This document shows positions 1-12,023 of a stretch of DNA of 61,419 nt, piece after piece; within the stretch, counting starts at the first letter, position 1, and each line of letters starts with the position of its first letter. The stretch comes from Basidiobolus ranarum (Eukaryota), in assembly GCA_040143965.1 (NCBI GenBank), contig JASJQH010000006.1, positions 1-61,419 on the forward strand. The letters are read 5' to 3'. A model generated the notes under the pieces. That model did no database searches. It was not told where the DNA came from and was given only the letters and a program-made list of their open reading frames with translations. The translations under genes and the position numbers were made by a program.

Positions 1-978
1 GTCTCTACCCTCGGAAAAGAATTTCAAGAAAATTAAACCATCGTTCGTGAAGTTCCCGTATTTGGTTAGTCGAATATTCAGAATAATTCCATCATTGGCA
101 CAAAATATCGCTAGCCTCACCGGAAGAGGTTCTCGAAACTGAGGAGATACAAGAGAGCATTGAAATTGAGCAACGGAGTTGGTGCTTATGACCTTCTGGA
201 ACTCGTCCATAATAAAATCATATTGTTCTGGATCGATATAGTTTAAAAATGACAACCCAACACAGCGTTCAGGGTTTAGTCCCAATAAAGATTCACATGT
301 TTGTGTAGCAAACTCTATAATTAATCGACGTGAGAAGCGGTTTAATATCATACAGGCGGCTGGTTCTCGAGAGGATACAGGGATGGGTTTACGCAAAGAT
401 TTTTCTAGAGTGTCCGTAGCTTGCTGGACAAAACCCTCCTTTAGGAAAATTACATTAAGACCAGCTACGAAGAATGTATATACATATATATATATAGAAA
501 TATAGATGGATTATGACTTATACCTGCGCAGTTATAACACCATCGCAATCCTGGGTATATGTTTGCTTTACTGCGGCATGGCGAGCTATTGGAAAAAAAT
601 AGGTTAACTAGTTGGCTAGAACAACGCTTCCAAAAATGCGGACTTACCTTTAAGTTGAGGCTCTCCTTTATCGACTCTGGTTATCACTGCTAAAATAATA
701 TCATAGCATTGACCCGACACCGCCTCAATTGGAATTAAACCATCAGTTTTATGTTGAATATGGGTGCAAAATACACTCGCCATGATGTTGTCCTTTTGAA
801 GATGTCTGCAAGCGCCTTGGACGTTTTTGGATTCCGTTTGTTCCATAAAAGAAAACCCGCTCTTCCCTCTTAATTCCTCTAAAGTGTAGCCTGTCACATC
901 TATAATGCTTTCAGAAGCGTATAGTATTTTACACTCGGCTGAAATCTCATAAATAACAATACAGTTTATCTCTTTCAT
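1..978 (-). CDS. Double PAS-domain protein, 3' end truncated by the window edge. Exons ~978-648, 585-524, 438-<1
   Basis: PAS1 'ILYASESIIDVTGYTLEELRGKSGFSF'. After two GT-AG introns the frame continues to a second PAS 'EPAACMILNRFSRRLIIEFATQTCESLLGLNPERCVGLSFLNYIDP', typical of the fungal two-PAS family. Confidence 0.8.
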
Positions 979-1335
979 TTTAACGGACAAAATTTGTAAA
1001 GGAGGTGAGGTCTAAAATGTGTATTTTAGGAAGCAATTAATGAGAAAAAGCAGGAACAATCTATAGATATTCATTTCTCTATACCATATTATGGTTACAA
1101 GTGTACCAGAAGAGGAAATATAATTTAAAAAAAGATTTGTCAGAGGACAAGAGTTTGGGTTTAAGAAATATGTTTAAACAAAGTATTGATTCCAGATGAC
1201 AACTCTATGATTTAGAAATTTAATACCAGTTAACAGACAACATCTTATAGACGTTTATTTTTAGATTTAAGATAAAATTATCTCAAGACGAAAAAGTTTT
1301 GGAATAAAAAAATAATCCAAGGGAAAGTTTTAGGT

Positions 1336-2094
1336 TTAAGAATTAGAAAAAGAACTTTCTATCATGTAAGCCAAATATTTTACCAAAGGTAACAATCTTT
1401 GTTTCCACAGATATGGGGCCTTAGATATGTCCATTTCAACGGGATCAAACTTGGCTTTATGTTCCCACTGCAACTTGGACTTTATTTCTTCGACGTCGTT
1501 AATATTAAGTATTTGTTCTTGTTTTGGTCCAATACACCAGATAATTTCCCAGGTGTATCCAGAAGTTATAGCTCCGTAAACGGTATGATCAGTTTTGTGG
1601 CTAGAGCTAATATTTCGGATGTAGGCATTATACAATTGCATAAGATTTTGGGCGCGTCCTAGATTCCAACCTTCTTGTTTTGCCTCGACTATTATAACAA
1701 AGTTTTTGTTGTTTACAATAACAAATTTACGATACCTTTTACGTCGTCACCCACTAAATTAAATTCTCGTTCCAATTTAACTTCTTTGTCATAATATAAA
1801 GCAACAATGTTGTATAAGATAGTAAGAACAAAGTCACCCCGAGTTGTTTCTCCTTCGTCGTCAACTACGCCTTCTGCTTTGGTAAGATTAATAAGAGATT
1901 TGACGATATGATTTAAAGTATCGCTATCAACGTCAGCTTCTTTAAGTTCTGAATCTTTGGCAAGGAACTCCCTTGATTTGATACCTAGGAATTCCAAGAC
2001 TTTTTTGTAATTGAAGTTAGAATAGCCACCTTTGTTTTCGGATTTATAATCTGATGTAGCAATAACATCATCTTTTCTTTTTTTTTGTTGTCAT
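1336..2094 (-). pseudogene. Frameshifted, intronless PD-(D/E)XK restriction-endonuclease-fold gene (~252 aa if repaired)
   Basis: ATG at 2094, +1 shift in the A9 run (2078-2086), -1 shift at ~1726. Joined reading: 'KGIV?FVIVNNKNFVIIVEAKQEGWNLGRAQNLMQLYNAY...TVYGAITSGYTWEII', which carries the EAK, G-x-AQ-xxx-QL and YG-x-x-T-x-G-xx-W motifs. Confidence 0.7.
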
Positions 2095-4685
2095 AATGTT
2101 AAAGTTGCCAAGGGATTGGTTCAAGGTTAAAAAGACATTAATATATTTTGCAAAATACAAAGAATTATTGAAAGGTATTTGGATATGATGGTATAGTCGA
2201 TTGTTTAAATGCGAATGATAGTTTGGGGTTATTACTACAAGAAAAGATGCTTTATAGGGTGAATTTGACATGGAAACCATCGAGTACCACCTACATTAAT
2301 GAATCGTATTCGCTAGTAAAAAAAACAATGTAAATAAGCATGAAATTAATATTGGAGTCTGTTGAAACATAGTAGGGATTGAATTACTGGGTTGTTTAGT
2401 GACTAAATTTATTCTTGCATAGAGTAATAGATAGTATATTCGACATAAGCAGTGTGATCCTATCCATTAGAAGAACACTAAACCTGTACATTAACTTCCG
2501 CTAGGAAAAGTAAATTTCATGAAAGTAATTTTAACTTAATATGTATAGAGGTTAGATCGTACTAACAACGTACTTTAGACTATTTTGTCATAGTCTTCGT
2601 ATTTAGGTAGGTTCCACCATATTGAGCTTACCTTTAACAAACTTTCTCATTTGTTCACGATTTTGCGCTGTATTTCGAAGAACGCCGCTGCATCGCTTCT
2701 CTAAAAATATATTCATCTATTTCGGGTTAACTCCAGGGAAAGCTAATCTTTAGTATTGAGAAGTTCATCAAAGGAACCCCGGTCGACCCAATCATTGCTG
2801 GATATGATTTTTAGTGGTAAACTACGTAAGTCCAGACCTTTGACCAGAAAGTAGGAGAGTGAGGACATCTACCAAGTTAGATATATCTTATCCAGCTCAA
2901 ATCGAACGATAAACTTTTCCTTTCATAAGCCTCGACAGGCCCTTCCCATCATAAACCAATGATATTCGATATGTGAATCATCCAATGTTCATTGGAAACT
3001 TCTACCTCACTTCCTTCCAACCAGGTTACCGGCGCTGGTCACAACCCAAAAGTGGAATAGTAGGGTAGATTGCAAACTTAAGGCCTTCCAAGTCCAAGTA
3101 TTCATATGATAAAATTGCCTTTCTGAGAAGTAATGAATCATCATACCCGTGGTTCAACAATTTGCCTGTGCTTCCCTATCTACACCTTGTTACTGTTAGA
3201 TCAACATCAGTGTTGGTGATACCACGATCTAAATAGGCATGTCAAGATAGAGATTGATATAAGTTTATCAGCGTTTGAATGACCGCGATCTAAAATAATG
3301 TATCCCAGAACCGCTAATCCATTTAGAGTTGGTGGTTCTGTATAGCATTACGGATGCGAGTTCTTTTTACCTAGTCTTGTCACGTATTTCAAATGTGAGC
3401 TCATCTATGCTGTGACAACAGGGTGTGGTGAACCTTTTGGTTGTTGGTGTTATTAGTTCTTCATAACGATCTTGTTGACGAGGGAAATGTCATGAGAATA
3501 AATTCCCTTTTCAGGGATAGTCTCGAAATACTGTAGATAAGCATCCGTTTCTCCGACCTGCCTTCGATCCTAGCAAGTGGTAAAAATCTCGGTAAAATTT
3601 CATCTTAATTTTAGCAATAATTTGTTATATTAGTAATATAATAAATCTACGGTTCTTTGGAGATTGGAGGTTAAAGCCCGTGGTCGGAATCTGTAGATCC
3701 AGCCACCAAAGCTGATATGATCATTTTGGTAGGGTATGGCATCCACATGGTCTTTCTTGGTCGGTTATCTATTTTAAATGCTCTGGTCGGGGAACTCGGT
3801 TTTATATAGTGTGTTTTCATTCGCTAGTGAAGCTTGCTTCGACAGTTACTCGGAAGATAGCACACTTCCATCTATACCTCTTCTAGCATGCATATAAGCT
3901 TACTGAACAGCAAGTAGTCGAATATCACAGGGAATAACTCCTTATTTGGGCCAGCATGGGTTTAATGGAAATATCGTGGAATAAGAAAGTGCTGGTTTCA
4001 GAGTTCTTGCCAATCCGGTGCTGATATGGGATAGGTGCTTATTTCTAAACTGCGCGACTACTGGCCAGTAAACAATTGAGTGAATATCGCTACTATCCTC
4101 ATATATACATGTCCAGCGGTCTATTGGCTAATCCTCAAAATAAGCAACTCTATCTCAAGGACAAATATCCACCCATAGAACGGCAATATGATGAAGCGCA
4201 CCATTACCCTCAGAATACTAATGACCCCAGCTTTGATTTGGTTCAGATTTGTTACCGGAGATACTGGCTGAACGGATGAATTTAAGTTTAGAAAGTCGCC
4301 AAGAAACCACGAAACAGATTTCCCTTTTTAGCCCAACCTCAACTCTACAATTGGAGTTTTAAACTTCGAATCACCTTCCAAACTCTGTGGATGATAAAAT
4401 ATCCAGATCGATTCAGTACGGTGTATCACTGTCATTGGCCATGGATGAAAAGTGAAACTAACCAGGTTGAACATTTTCACCGTTCCTATTTGGATTTGGG
4501 CACTAGTCTAGAGATAGCCACTGGATCTTGTTTGTATTTAAGAGCCTCGTCCTCACATGGCTAGTAATCAAAATATCCATTTCCTTTACTTTTCAACTAT
4601 AGATCCTGAAAAGTCTCTCCATATACATTCTCCATTTCTTTGATATATCCCTCTTTATATTGGTCACTCACAATAATTATATTTC

Positions 4686-5561
4686 ATGATGACGGCAATG
4701 GAAACCTTCTACGGATACATCGAAAACGTCCACGACGCTCTTCTTATATTTGAGGCCTGTAGACTCGGTCAACTTCGTCGAGTTCAAAGACGATTAAGTG
4801 ATAAAGAACGCCGAAGCCTTCGCTCTGGATCGGTCTATGTATGGGAAGAAGAAGAAGCCAGTATGAAAAGATGGACTGACGGTCGTACTTGGTCTCCCTC
4901 TCGTGTACACGGTTGTTTCTTAACATATCGTGAGCTAGAGAACAAGCGCAAGTCAGCCAAAATCAATGAATCTCCTACCATGTATGGTTATTGTTCTGAT
5001 CCCGAGCAATCGTCAGATCATTTCCAATACAAATCCGATGGTTTGATTAAGCAGTCTTTATGCTACACCACCGCTGATGGCCACCGCTTACACCTGATAT
5101 CTTATCACAACAAGCATCACGTTGCTACCGGAAGCCTTCGCACTCCATCTAGAGAACCATTGTTCGCTCATATTACTATTCCTAAGGGATTATACCCTGA
5201 TATGACTCAAGAATACTCTCCTAATGGTGGATTTTCTATGCCAGTAGAAGATAGCTTCTCTCCTCGCAGTTTGTCCAAGAAGCCATCTTATATGCGTACC
5301 CCAGTGTCTCAAACTCAATCTCAACCTCAATCACGATCAGCGTCTTCGAGTGAAAAACCACGCTCTCTCAGTCCTTTAAGCTGTACTAGCCCTGTTCTTC
5401 AAAATGAGTTTGAACTACCTAGCTTGAAGTCATCTAGCCCAACTCAATGGGGATCCTTGCCACCACTCAATATCCCTTGCCTAGATATTCAAATCAACCG
5501 AGTACTTCATAGTGAAGACCGTCGACAATTGTCGGTGTTATCCGTTGGACTCACGTTCTAA
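4686..5561 (+). CDS. Gti1/Pac2 (WOPR) family transcription factor
   Basis: 'ETFYGYIENVHDALLIFEACRLG...RRLSDKER...SGSVYVWEEEEASMKRWTDGRTWSPSRVHGCFLTYRE' and 'GLIKQS...HLISY' match the WOPR boxes. Confidence 0.93.
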   Translation: MMTAMETFYGYIENVHDALLIFEACRLGQLRRVQRRLSDKERRSLRSGSVYVWEEEEASMKRWTDGRTWSPSRVHGCFLTYRELENKRKSAKINESPTMYGYCSDPEQSSDHFQYKSDGLIKQSLCYTTADGHRLHLISYHNKHHVATGSLRTPSREPLFAHITIPKGLYPDMTQEYSPNGGFSMPVEDSFSPRSLSKKPSYMRTPVSQTQSQPQSRSASSSEKPRSLSPLSCTSPVLQNEFELPSLKSSSPTQWGSLPPLNIPCLDIQINRVLHSEDRRQLSVLSVGLTF

Positions 5562-5967
5562 ATGCTAGGCTCTGTTGTATGAAAACATTGATCTTGTCGT
5601 ATTTTCTTAATGTACATAGTGAATGTGAATGGATATCTCTACTCTCTTCAGCTACAATGAAGTTAATTAGATTGAGTAATCCATTCAAATAGAATACCCC
5701 CCGAAATAACCTTATACCCTTCCCTTCTCCCGTCTGAGCCGTAAGAAAATAGACTGATATCTTAGAAGCTCTACTTACTTTACTAGAAAATTGTTAAATT
5801 CATTTTATACGTCCTCTCCTTTCACATAGACTATTATAAACAATAAATCCATGATGTATATACTATTTATTCGTTCTCTTCAATTCCTTTCTTTTTCTTT
5901 ATCTACTAAAATTCCTAAGGAAATGGATGGATAAATATTTTCTATCAGTTTAACTATCGACATAAAT

Positions 5968-6882
5968 CTAATCATCCTCCTCCTCACTATCCATCTCCTC
6001 TTCTTCATTGCCATTGACATTGGTTTCGGAATCTGCACCCCTACTTGGAGGCTTATCAGCCCCCTGGCCAGCAGCTTGCGAACGATTTGAATCGACATTA
6101 TCTTCCGGAGAAATTCTAGAACTTCTTTGGATGGTGAATAGGCGACTGGAGATAAGATTAGGAGGATTCCCCATGCGAATAAAATAATTACTATCGGGTG
6201 TAAGAGTCTCTGGGACTATCCATGTTAAACTTTGAGAACGTGGGTCCACAGAGAGAGCGATCTTAGTCACTAATCGAGGTTCGGCTAATGATCCCATAGA
6301 TAAAGATATCTCTAATGGACTATTATTGTTGGCCGGATTCATCCAAGTGATATTGATTTGTTCTCCAGTCTTCCAAATGGTGGAATCAGTTGGATGTGTT
6401 ATAGTCAAAGCAGTGTCTGAGGCCGGTGTAGCAGGTGCTTGTGGGTCATTTGGATTATTTGCGGTCGATGGGTCGGTATTACCGTTATTACGACCAATAT
6501 CAAGTAATGGTCGAGGTGGTTGCTGAGCATCAGGGTTATCTCTGATGGTAAAGAAATGACTCCAATAATATAAACCGTTGGAACCAATTCTCACAGAATA
6601 ACTATTTCCAGGTGAAATGGTCCCTGGTACTATCCAGGTATACGTGCCTACTTTAGGATCAACCCCAGATGCAATTGGACCAACCAATGTCAAAGATTGA
6701 GCAGAGCCTTGAGCTAACCCGATTTCTACAGTAGTCATATTACTAAAATTTACCCATTTGATATTGACCGAATCCCCCTTATTCCAGACTGTTCCACGGA
6801 TGGGATCGGTCAAGTATATATCTGCTTGAACTTTGACTAGTAAACAGAGCAGTGAAAAGAGCAAGTAAGTCAGCAGTCTCAT
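5968..6882 (-). CDS. Secreted protein with two Kre9/KNH-like (Ser/Thr-rich GPI family) Ig-like domains
   Basis: Signal peptide 'MRLLTYLLFSLLCLLVKVQA'. Two repeats of 'IT.P...T.W..G....I.W...YTWIVP..ITP...Y.IR.G....S..FTI'. Acidic tail. Confidence 0.8.
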   Translation of the reverse strand: MRLLTYLLFSLLCLLVKVQADIYLTDPIRGTVWNKGDSVNIKWVNFSNMTTVEIGLAQGSAQSLTLVGPIASGVDPKVGTYTWIVPGTISPGNSYSVRIGSNGLYYWSHFFTIRDNPDAQQPPRPLLDIGRNNGNTDPSTANNPNDPQAPATPASDTALTITHPTDSTIWKTGEQINITWMNPANNNSPLEISLSMGSLAEPRLVTKIALSVDPRSQSLTWIVPETLTPDSNYFIRMGNPPNLISSRLFTIQRSSRISPEDNVDSNRSQAAGQGADKPPSRGADSETNVNGNEEEEMDSEEEDD

Positions 6883-8196
6883 TGGAGGTAGGTCGTATGG
6901 AGAAGCGGTCGTAATTGTACCATATACTTCTTCATGATGGTTATATATACCTGCCAGTGAGGACACTCGGTTCAATATGTTCGGCCCCCACCGAAATTTC
7001 TGACGCGTGCTTAACGTGCTTTCTACCACCGGAAGTTTTCCCCAATTCCTTGGCAGGTAGAAAGAAAAAACGACATAAAGTATAAAATATGATGCATACT
7101 ATTAGGTCATATTAATGTAGAAATATAAACGCCGAGAATAACTTCAAATGAGAATTACTCACTACTACGGAAGAATATTCGTATGGTCAAGTCAGATGAA
7201 TGCTACGAGAAAATTCCCGATGTTTAAGCACAGATAAATGAATTTGAGGAGTGGTAGTAATTAAAAATATTCATCAACCAACCAAAAGATCCACCATTTA
7301 AACTGCTTGTATGCTAAGTGTTCATGCTTTATATACGTTCATAATCTTCTTTCCACTTGTACTATCATTTGACACAAAAATCAAAGCCATGAAATCCCTC
7401 GTTCTAACAACACCTGGACGTTGACGTTGTTACTCTGTTTCAGTAACCCATCTGCGGGCTTGCACAAAACGAAATAACTACTAGAAAATACATGTGTGTT
7501 GTTGAATTTTTCTGTACCTAATGAAAAATACTGCTATGTCGATCAAACCATGAGGTTTTCTCTAGTAATAATTAATGTTCAGGATTAGATTATTGGATAA
7601 ACACGAAGGGAGTATTCAAGTGTAGATCTTTCTATTAAGCGTCAAGCTGCATTAATTAACACAAATGCGTAAGATATTCACGATGCTTTACCTAGAGCCT
7701 GCTTGACTTCTATCATGATGATCTTGGTAATTGAGAATCCTCTCTCTAAGGCTGGCTACTACTCTTAGGGCGTATGTAAGCTAGGAGATTAATACTCCAA
7801 AATGATGAGATAGCTACTAGCATTGGCAGATGTCTGCCAATAACATAACGGCGCTCATTTTGATAATTTAATTAGCAAAACTACATGGCTGTGAGACGCA
7901 TAATAAGTAGTAATTCTGCTCTCCTGCTTTAACTAAAATCCCACTCAGGATTTGACTTCAAGGAGGCCCTCCTGTTGTCATGCACCTATATATCATGCCG
8001 CTACTAATGTTGCTGTTGGACTTTTTACTTATAGGATTTATCGGTCTTCTTAGACAGATATCACTCAGCAATTAAGAACCAGAAGAGTCTTTGAACTACC
8101 ATAAAATTTAGAAGTCACACATATACACTCAAAGTAAGCGAAGAAATCTCTCACGTTTACACATTTTTGATTCGAGTAAAACCACCAGATTGAAGC

Positions 8197-9655
8197 ATGG
8201 CTTCCAATGATCTTTTTGACCAAACCCCAAGTGGATTTCCTGATATCATTCGAGACCTCCATACCAAAGTGGTTCAAGCCCAACCTAAAGACCTTTTTCA
8301 GTTCTGTGGAGATTATTTTCATGAGAAATTAGAGGAGCAGAGAGCTGAGCTACTCTGCTTGGGTAAGTTCAAATGTATTAATAGACTGTTACATGTATAA
8401 TGGTCACTCAATCTTCAACCTTAGCCACTCAGGTACCCTCCAGTCAAAGCCTTTTTGAAGACTTGCATATCGATTTATCCAACCAGCAGGACTCTGAACT
8501 CTCGCCAGACTTAAATGAAAAGTTCAAAGTAGCCAGTTCGTTAGATGAATTGCTTGAGTTAAGTGACGAGGAGTTATATACTTCCGGGCCAGAGGACTAC
8601 GCAACCTCTTCACAGCATACTTCATCAACAATGGGTGACGAAGAATCTGAGGAAGATGATATAATTGGAGAGCTTCATAACATCCCTCCGACTTTAAATC
8701 GAGTAAGACGGACTTCGGTAAGCGCTGAATCAATGGAACCCACGGATAATGGAGAATACTTGAAAATGGTGATTGAAAAAACTCCTGAACAAAAGGAGCG
8801 CATTGAGACCTCCATTTCGAATAACTTCCTTTTCAAAAATCTAGACGATGAGCAGAAAAAAGATACAATTGATGCTATGTCCGAAAAAAAGATTTTCCAG
8901 GGGGAAGAAGTAATTAAACAAGGTGGAGTTGGTGACTACTTCTATGTAGTAGAGTCCGGTACTTTGAACTGCTATGTGGAAAAAGAGGAAAATACTGAGC
9001 CCCTTAAAGTGACCGATTTTGGACCTGGAGCTAGCTTTGGAGAATTAGCGTTAATGTACAATGCTCCTCGTGCAGCAACTATTGTTGCTACCTCCGATTG
9101 TGTTTTATGGGCTCTCGACCGCATCACATTTCGTAGAATGCTTATGGAACGTACAAACTCCAAGAGAAAAATGTATGAACACTTTTTAGAGGAGGTTCCT
9201 TTATTGGTTTCCTTAGAATCATATGAAAAGCACAAGATTGCCGATGCTCTTGAAACGCTAGTTTTTGAAGACGGTGATGTTGTGCTTCGTCAAGGTGATA
9301 AAGGCGAGAGTTTTTTCATTATTGAAGCCGGTGAAGCTGTTGTTACGAAGTCTGATCCCAACGGTTTTGCTTCACATATCTCTGTGCTAAAAAAAGGCGA
9401 CTACTTTGGAGGTATAGTTATCTAATCCATAGTTATGTAAGCAAACGAAGTTACTCTTATCTAACAGTTGTTTTAAATTAAACAGAACTTGCTCTACTCA
9501 ACAATAAACCCCGAGCAGCCACCATAGTTGCCTCTGGCAAACTTAAGGTAGTTACCCTTGGAAAACGTGCATTTGTTCGACTCCTTGGTCCTGTAGTAGA
9601 TATTATTCGAAGAAATACCGCCAACTACCGTGTAATTTCACGTCAAGCAAACTAA
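8197..9655 (+). CDS. pkaR: cAMP-dependent protein kinase regulatory subunit, 3 exons
   Basis: N-terminal dimerization/docking domain ('IIRDLHTKVVQAQPKDLFQFCGDYF'), inhibitor site RRTSVSAES, and two cNMP domains (FGELALMYNAPRAAT; FGELALLNNKPRAAT across intron 9412-9485). Confidence 0.96.
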
Positions 9656-10511
9656 ATATACACCCAAGCTTGTTTATGTTTTAATAGAATTACGGAGATA
9701 CTCTTTATTTTTAAAAAAAAGAAATTTTCAACATACCCAAACTATTTAACCACCTCTTCCCATTTTATGCTACCCATCGTACATCAAATCGAGTATTTCT
9801 TGGGGAAAACTATCACTAATTAACCTTTATTAACATGATTGAATCTCCTGCTATACAAGGTATTAACTATAGATATCAACAATAATGAATCAATAAACCC
9901 GGTCACAATTGATTGATTCTTTGTAACGATTTATGCAACTTTACTGCATATTCTAGAGGCAATATGGCCAGTAGTGTAACAATCCCTAGTAACATTTACT
10001 TTAAACAGCCAGTTGATTGAAAATATACACATGTAATGCAAATTTCAGGAAACATTCGAAATTTCCCTTTTCATGTGATACGATAAACATGGATAAGCAT
10101 GGTAAAGCTAACTAACTAAATAACATATACTAATAAATCCAAAACACTTCACCCCACATGACAAGGCTCAAGGACGAGACCGGTCGGATTCACTACAAAG
10201 GATATATGGTATAGATATACCCCAACAGTTGAAAATCCACTGGAATGTGGGGACCCGTAAGAAAAGAAAATGTAATTGGGTTAATGCAATGGGAAACCAT
10301 CCTGGATCAATCGAAATCCTAGCATTCAAAAACCCCAGACGCTGCCCAAATTATGAGATCCAACCCCTGTTTAGATCGTATCCCCAAATTTCTGGTAAGC
10401 CAGAATTGGGACAGGAGTGGACAAAGTGTTCAAAGAAACCATCAATAGAGCAAGGTTTTTCTCGACTTCAACAGCCCTCAAACTTGGCATCCTCCTTGTC
10501 ACTTTACCAAT

Positions 10512-10832
10512 ATGTCTGACGAAACTGATTTCACTGTAAAGCTTAGCACCGTCGCTTTCGACGCTCGTTTCCCTAACCAAAACCAAACCAAGCACTGCTG
10601 GCAAAACTATGTCGATTACCACAAGTGCATTACCGCTCGTGGTGAAGATTTCCCTCCTTGCAAGCAATTCTACCGTGCTTTCAGAAGCCTCTGCCCTGAT
10701 GACTGGGTAAGTGATCATTATTGAAGTACTCCAGATTATTTTACTTTGTACTAAATATTTTTCTTTGTACAGATTGACCGTTGGGATCAACAAAGAGAAG
10801 CCGAAATTAACCCTTCCGACATGTCTCCTTAA
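10512..10832 (+). CDS. COX12: Cytochrome c oxidase subunit 6B; intron 10707-10772
   Basis: 'FDARFPNQNQTKHCWQNYVDYHKC...GEDFPPCKQFYRAFRSLCPDDW|IDRWDQQRE'. Confidence 0.97.
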
Positions 10833-11287
10833 ATCCGATCGAAAACTCCTTCATTCACTTGACAAATTTAACGGTTTACTTGCCGGCGCATTAAATAAAG
10901 CTCTCCATTTTTAACAATTCCGTTGACTTCTTTAGTATGGTGACATGATATGGGCCCTAAAGTAACGCGTAAACCTATTGGTAATTCGTGTGAATGCGTT
11001 ACTAAAATATTATTTCCAGTAAGAATGGATTTCATAGTCCAGTGATTATAATAGCAGCAATACGTTCAATTTGATATGCAATTGAGCCCCTTTTATGACG
11101 CTGTCAACCGACATTATAATTATTGTTCTTTAACCTGACATGCATTATTTGTAGTAAATTACAAATGACTGTTCCTTGTCTAGCCTCTGGTTGTGAATAC
11201 TCAGCTTCAGTGATTAGTCATCAATACCATGTTGCTAGTACTATAAGGATAGTTATTACAAATACAATGCTCGAGAACCTTGAAGAC

Positions 11288-11301
11288 TTAGGGTTAGGGC
11301 T
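11288..11301 (+). repeat. Interstitial telomere-like motif TTAGGGTTAGGGCT
   Basis: Read directly; the same motif occurs on the minus strand at 61284-61301. Confidence 0.55.
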
Positions 11302-12023
11302 GAAGCGAAACATTTGATTACTCATTTGGGGATTAAAGAATACATATTTCAACAGATACTTCATTCATGACTTAGGGCGTATGATTCTTTACCAGCTGGG
11401 CGATGTGAGTTTACTCTTTTCTACACTGTTGCTGAAGTAGGATCAACAAAGCACCTCTGAGGTATATTTCCAAATCTCTGCACATTTTCAACTGGAAAAA
11501 TGGGTGCTATTTTCTCCAAAATGGAACCATAGAGATGTACAATACCGCAATGATATGGCTGCGTTGTTGGCTCTATTGGTGTGAAAAGATATTTAATCAC
11601 GAGCTGCACAAATTGGGTCAATCAAGGTCATTTCTAAGCAAAGATGCTCACCCTTTCCTCTCCGCAGTATCTTTATTGAATTTTGTAACTTCTTCATCGG
11701 GATAGTTGCAAAAATCCAAATCGCCATTTCTGATTGGTCAACTGAGAAGGTTAGAATGAACAAAATTTGGTGCTCGTACGTACCTCGAAAAGTTATATCC
11801 TACATTATATCTTCTCACAAAGACTCTTAATCGCTAAACTTGGTCTTGTTAAATATCATTACATTTTCTTTAATCGCATTCACTTGAAGGTATTTTACAT
11901 TACATACGTAGTTTTGTTAGGAATTATTGAACATCTTATCGCTTTGAGTGATTCCACTTCATAAAAGTAATCCTCTTTATTTTAATAATACAGATATATA
12001 TATTTGGCAAACGATAGACAATC

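Noticed and set aside
477..496. (TA)n-like microsatellite
   Set aside because: Short, interrupted and intronic; ordinary in AT-rich DNA.
2692..2701. ATCGCTTCTC, matching the U2 snRNA 5' end
   Set aside because: The match stops after 10 nt, with no branch-pairing or Sm site following.
2281..4685. 2.4-kb gene-free region with a Wor1-like AGTTTTAAACTT at ~4355
   Set aside because: No convincing ORF, RNA gene or terminal repeats. The AT-only motif is too degenerate to support WOPR autoregulation.
7822..7841. Inverted repeat ATTGGCAGA-TG-TCTGCCAAT
   Set aside because: Only 9-bp arms and no element context; may simply be paired CCAAT-like boxes.
10229..10793. ORFs 10229-10519 (+) and 10371-10793 (-)
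   Set aside because: They overlap or are antisense to COX12, with no recognisable motifs.
11340..11730. Possible degraded minus-strand exon fragments
   Set aside because: No consistent splice model or recognisable protein.
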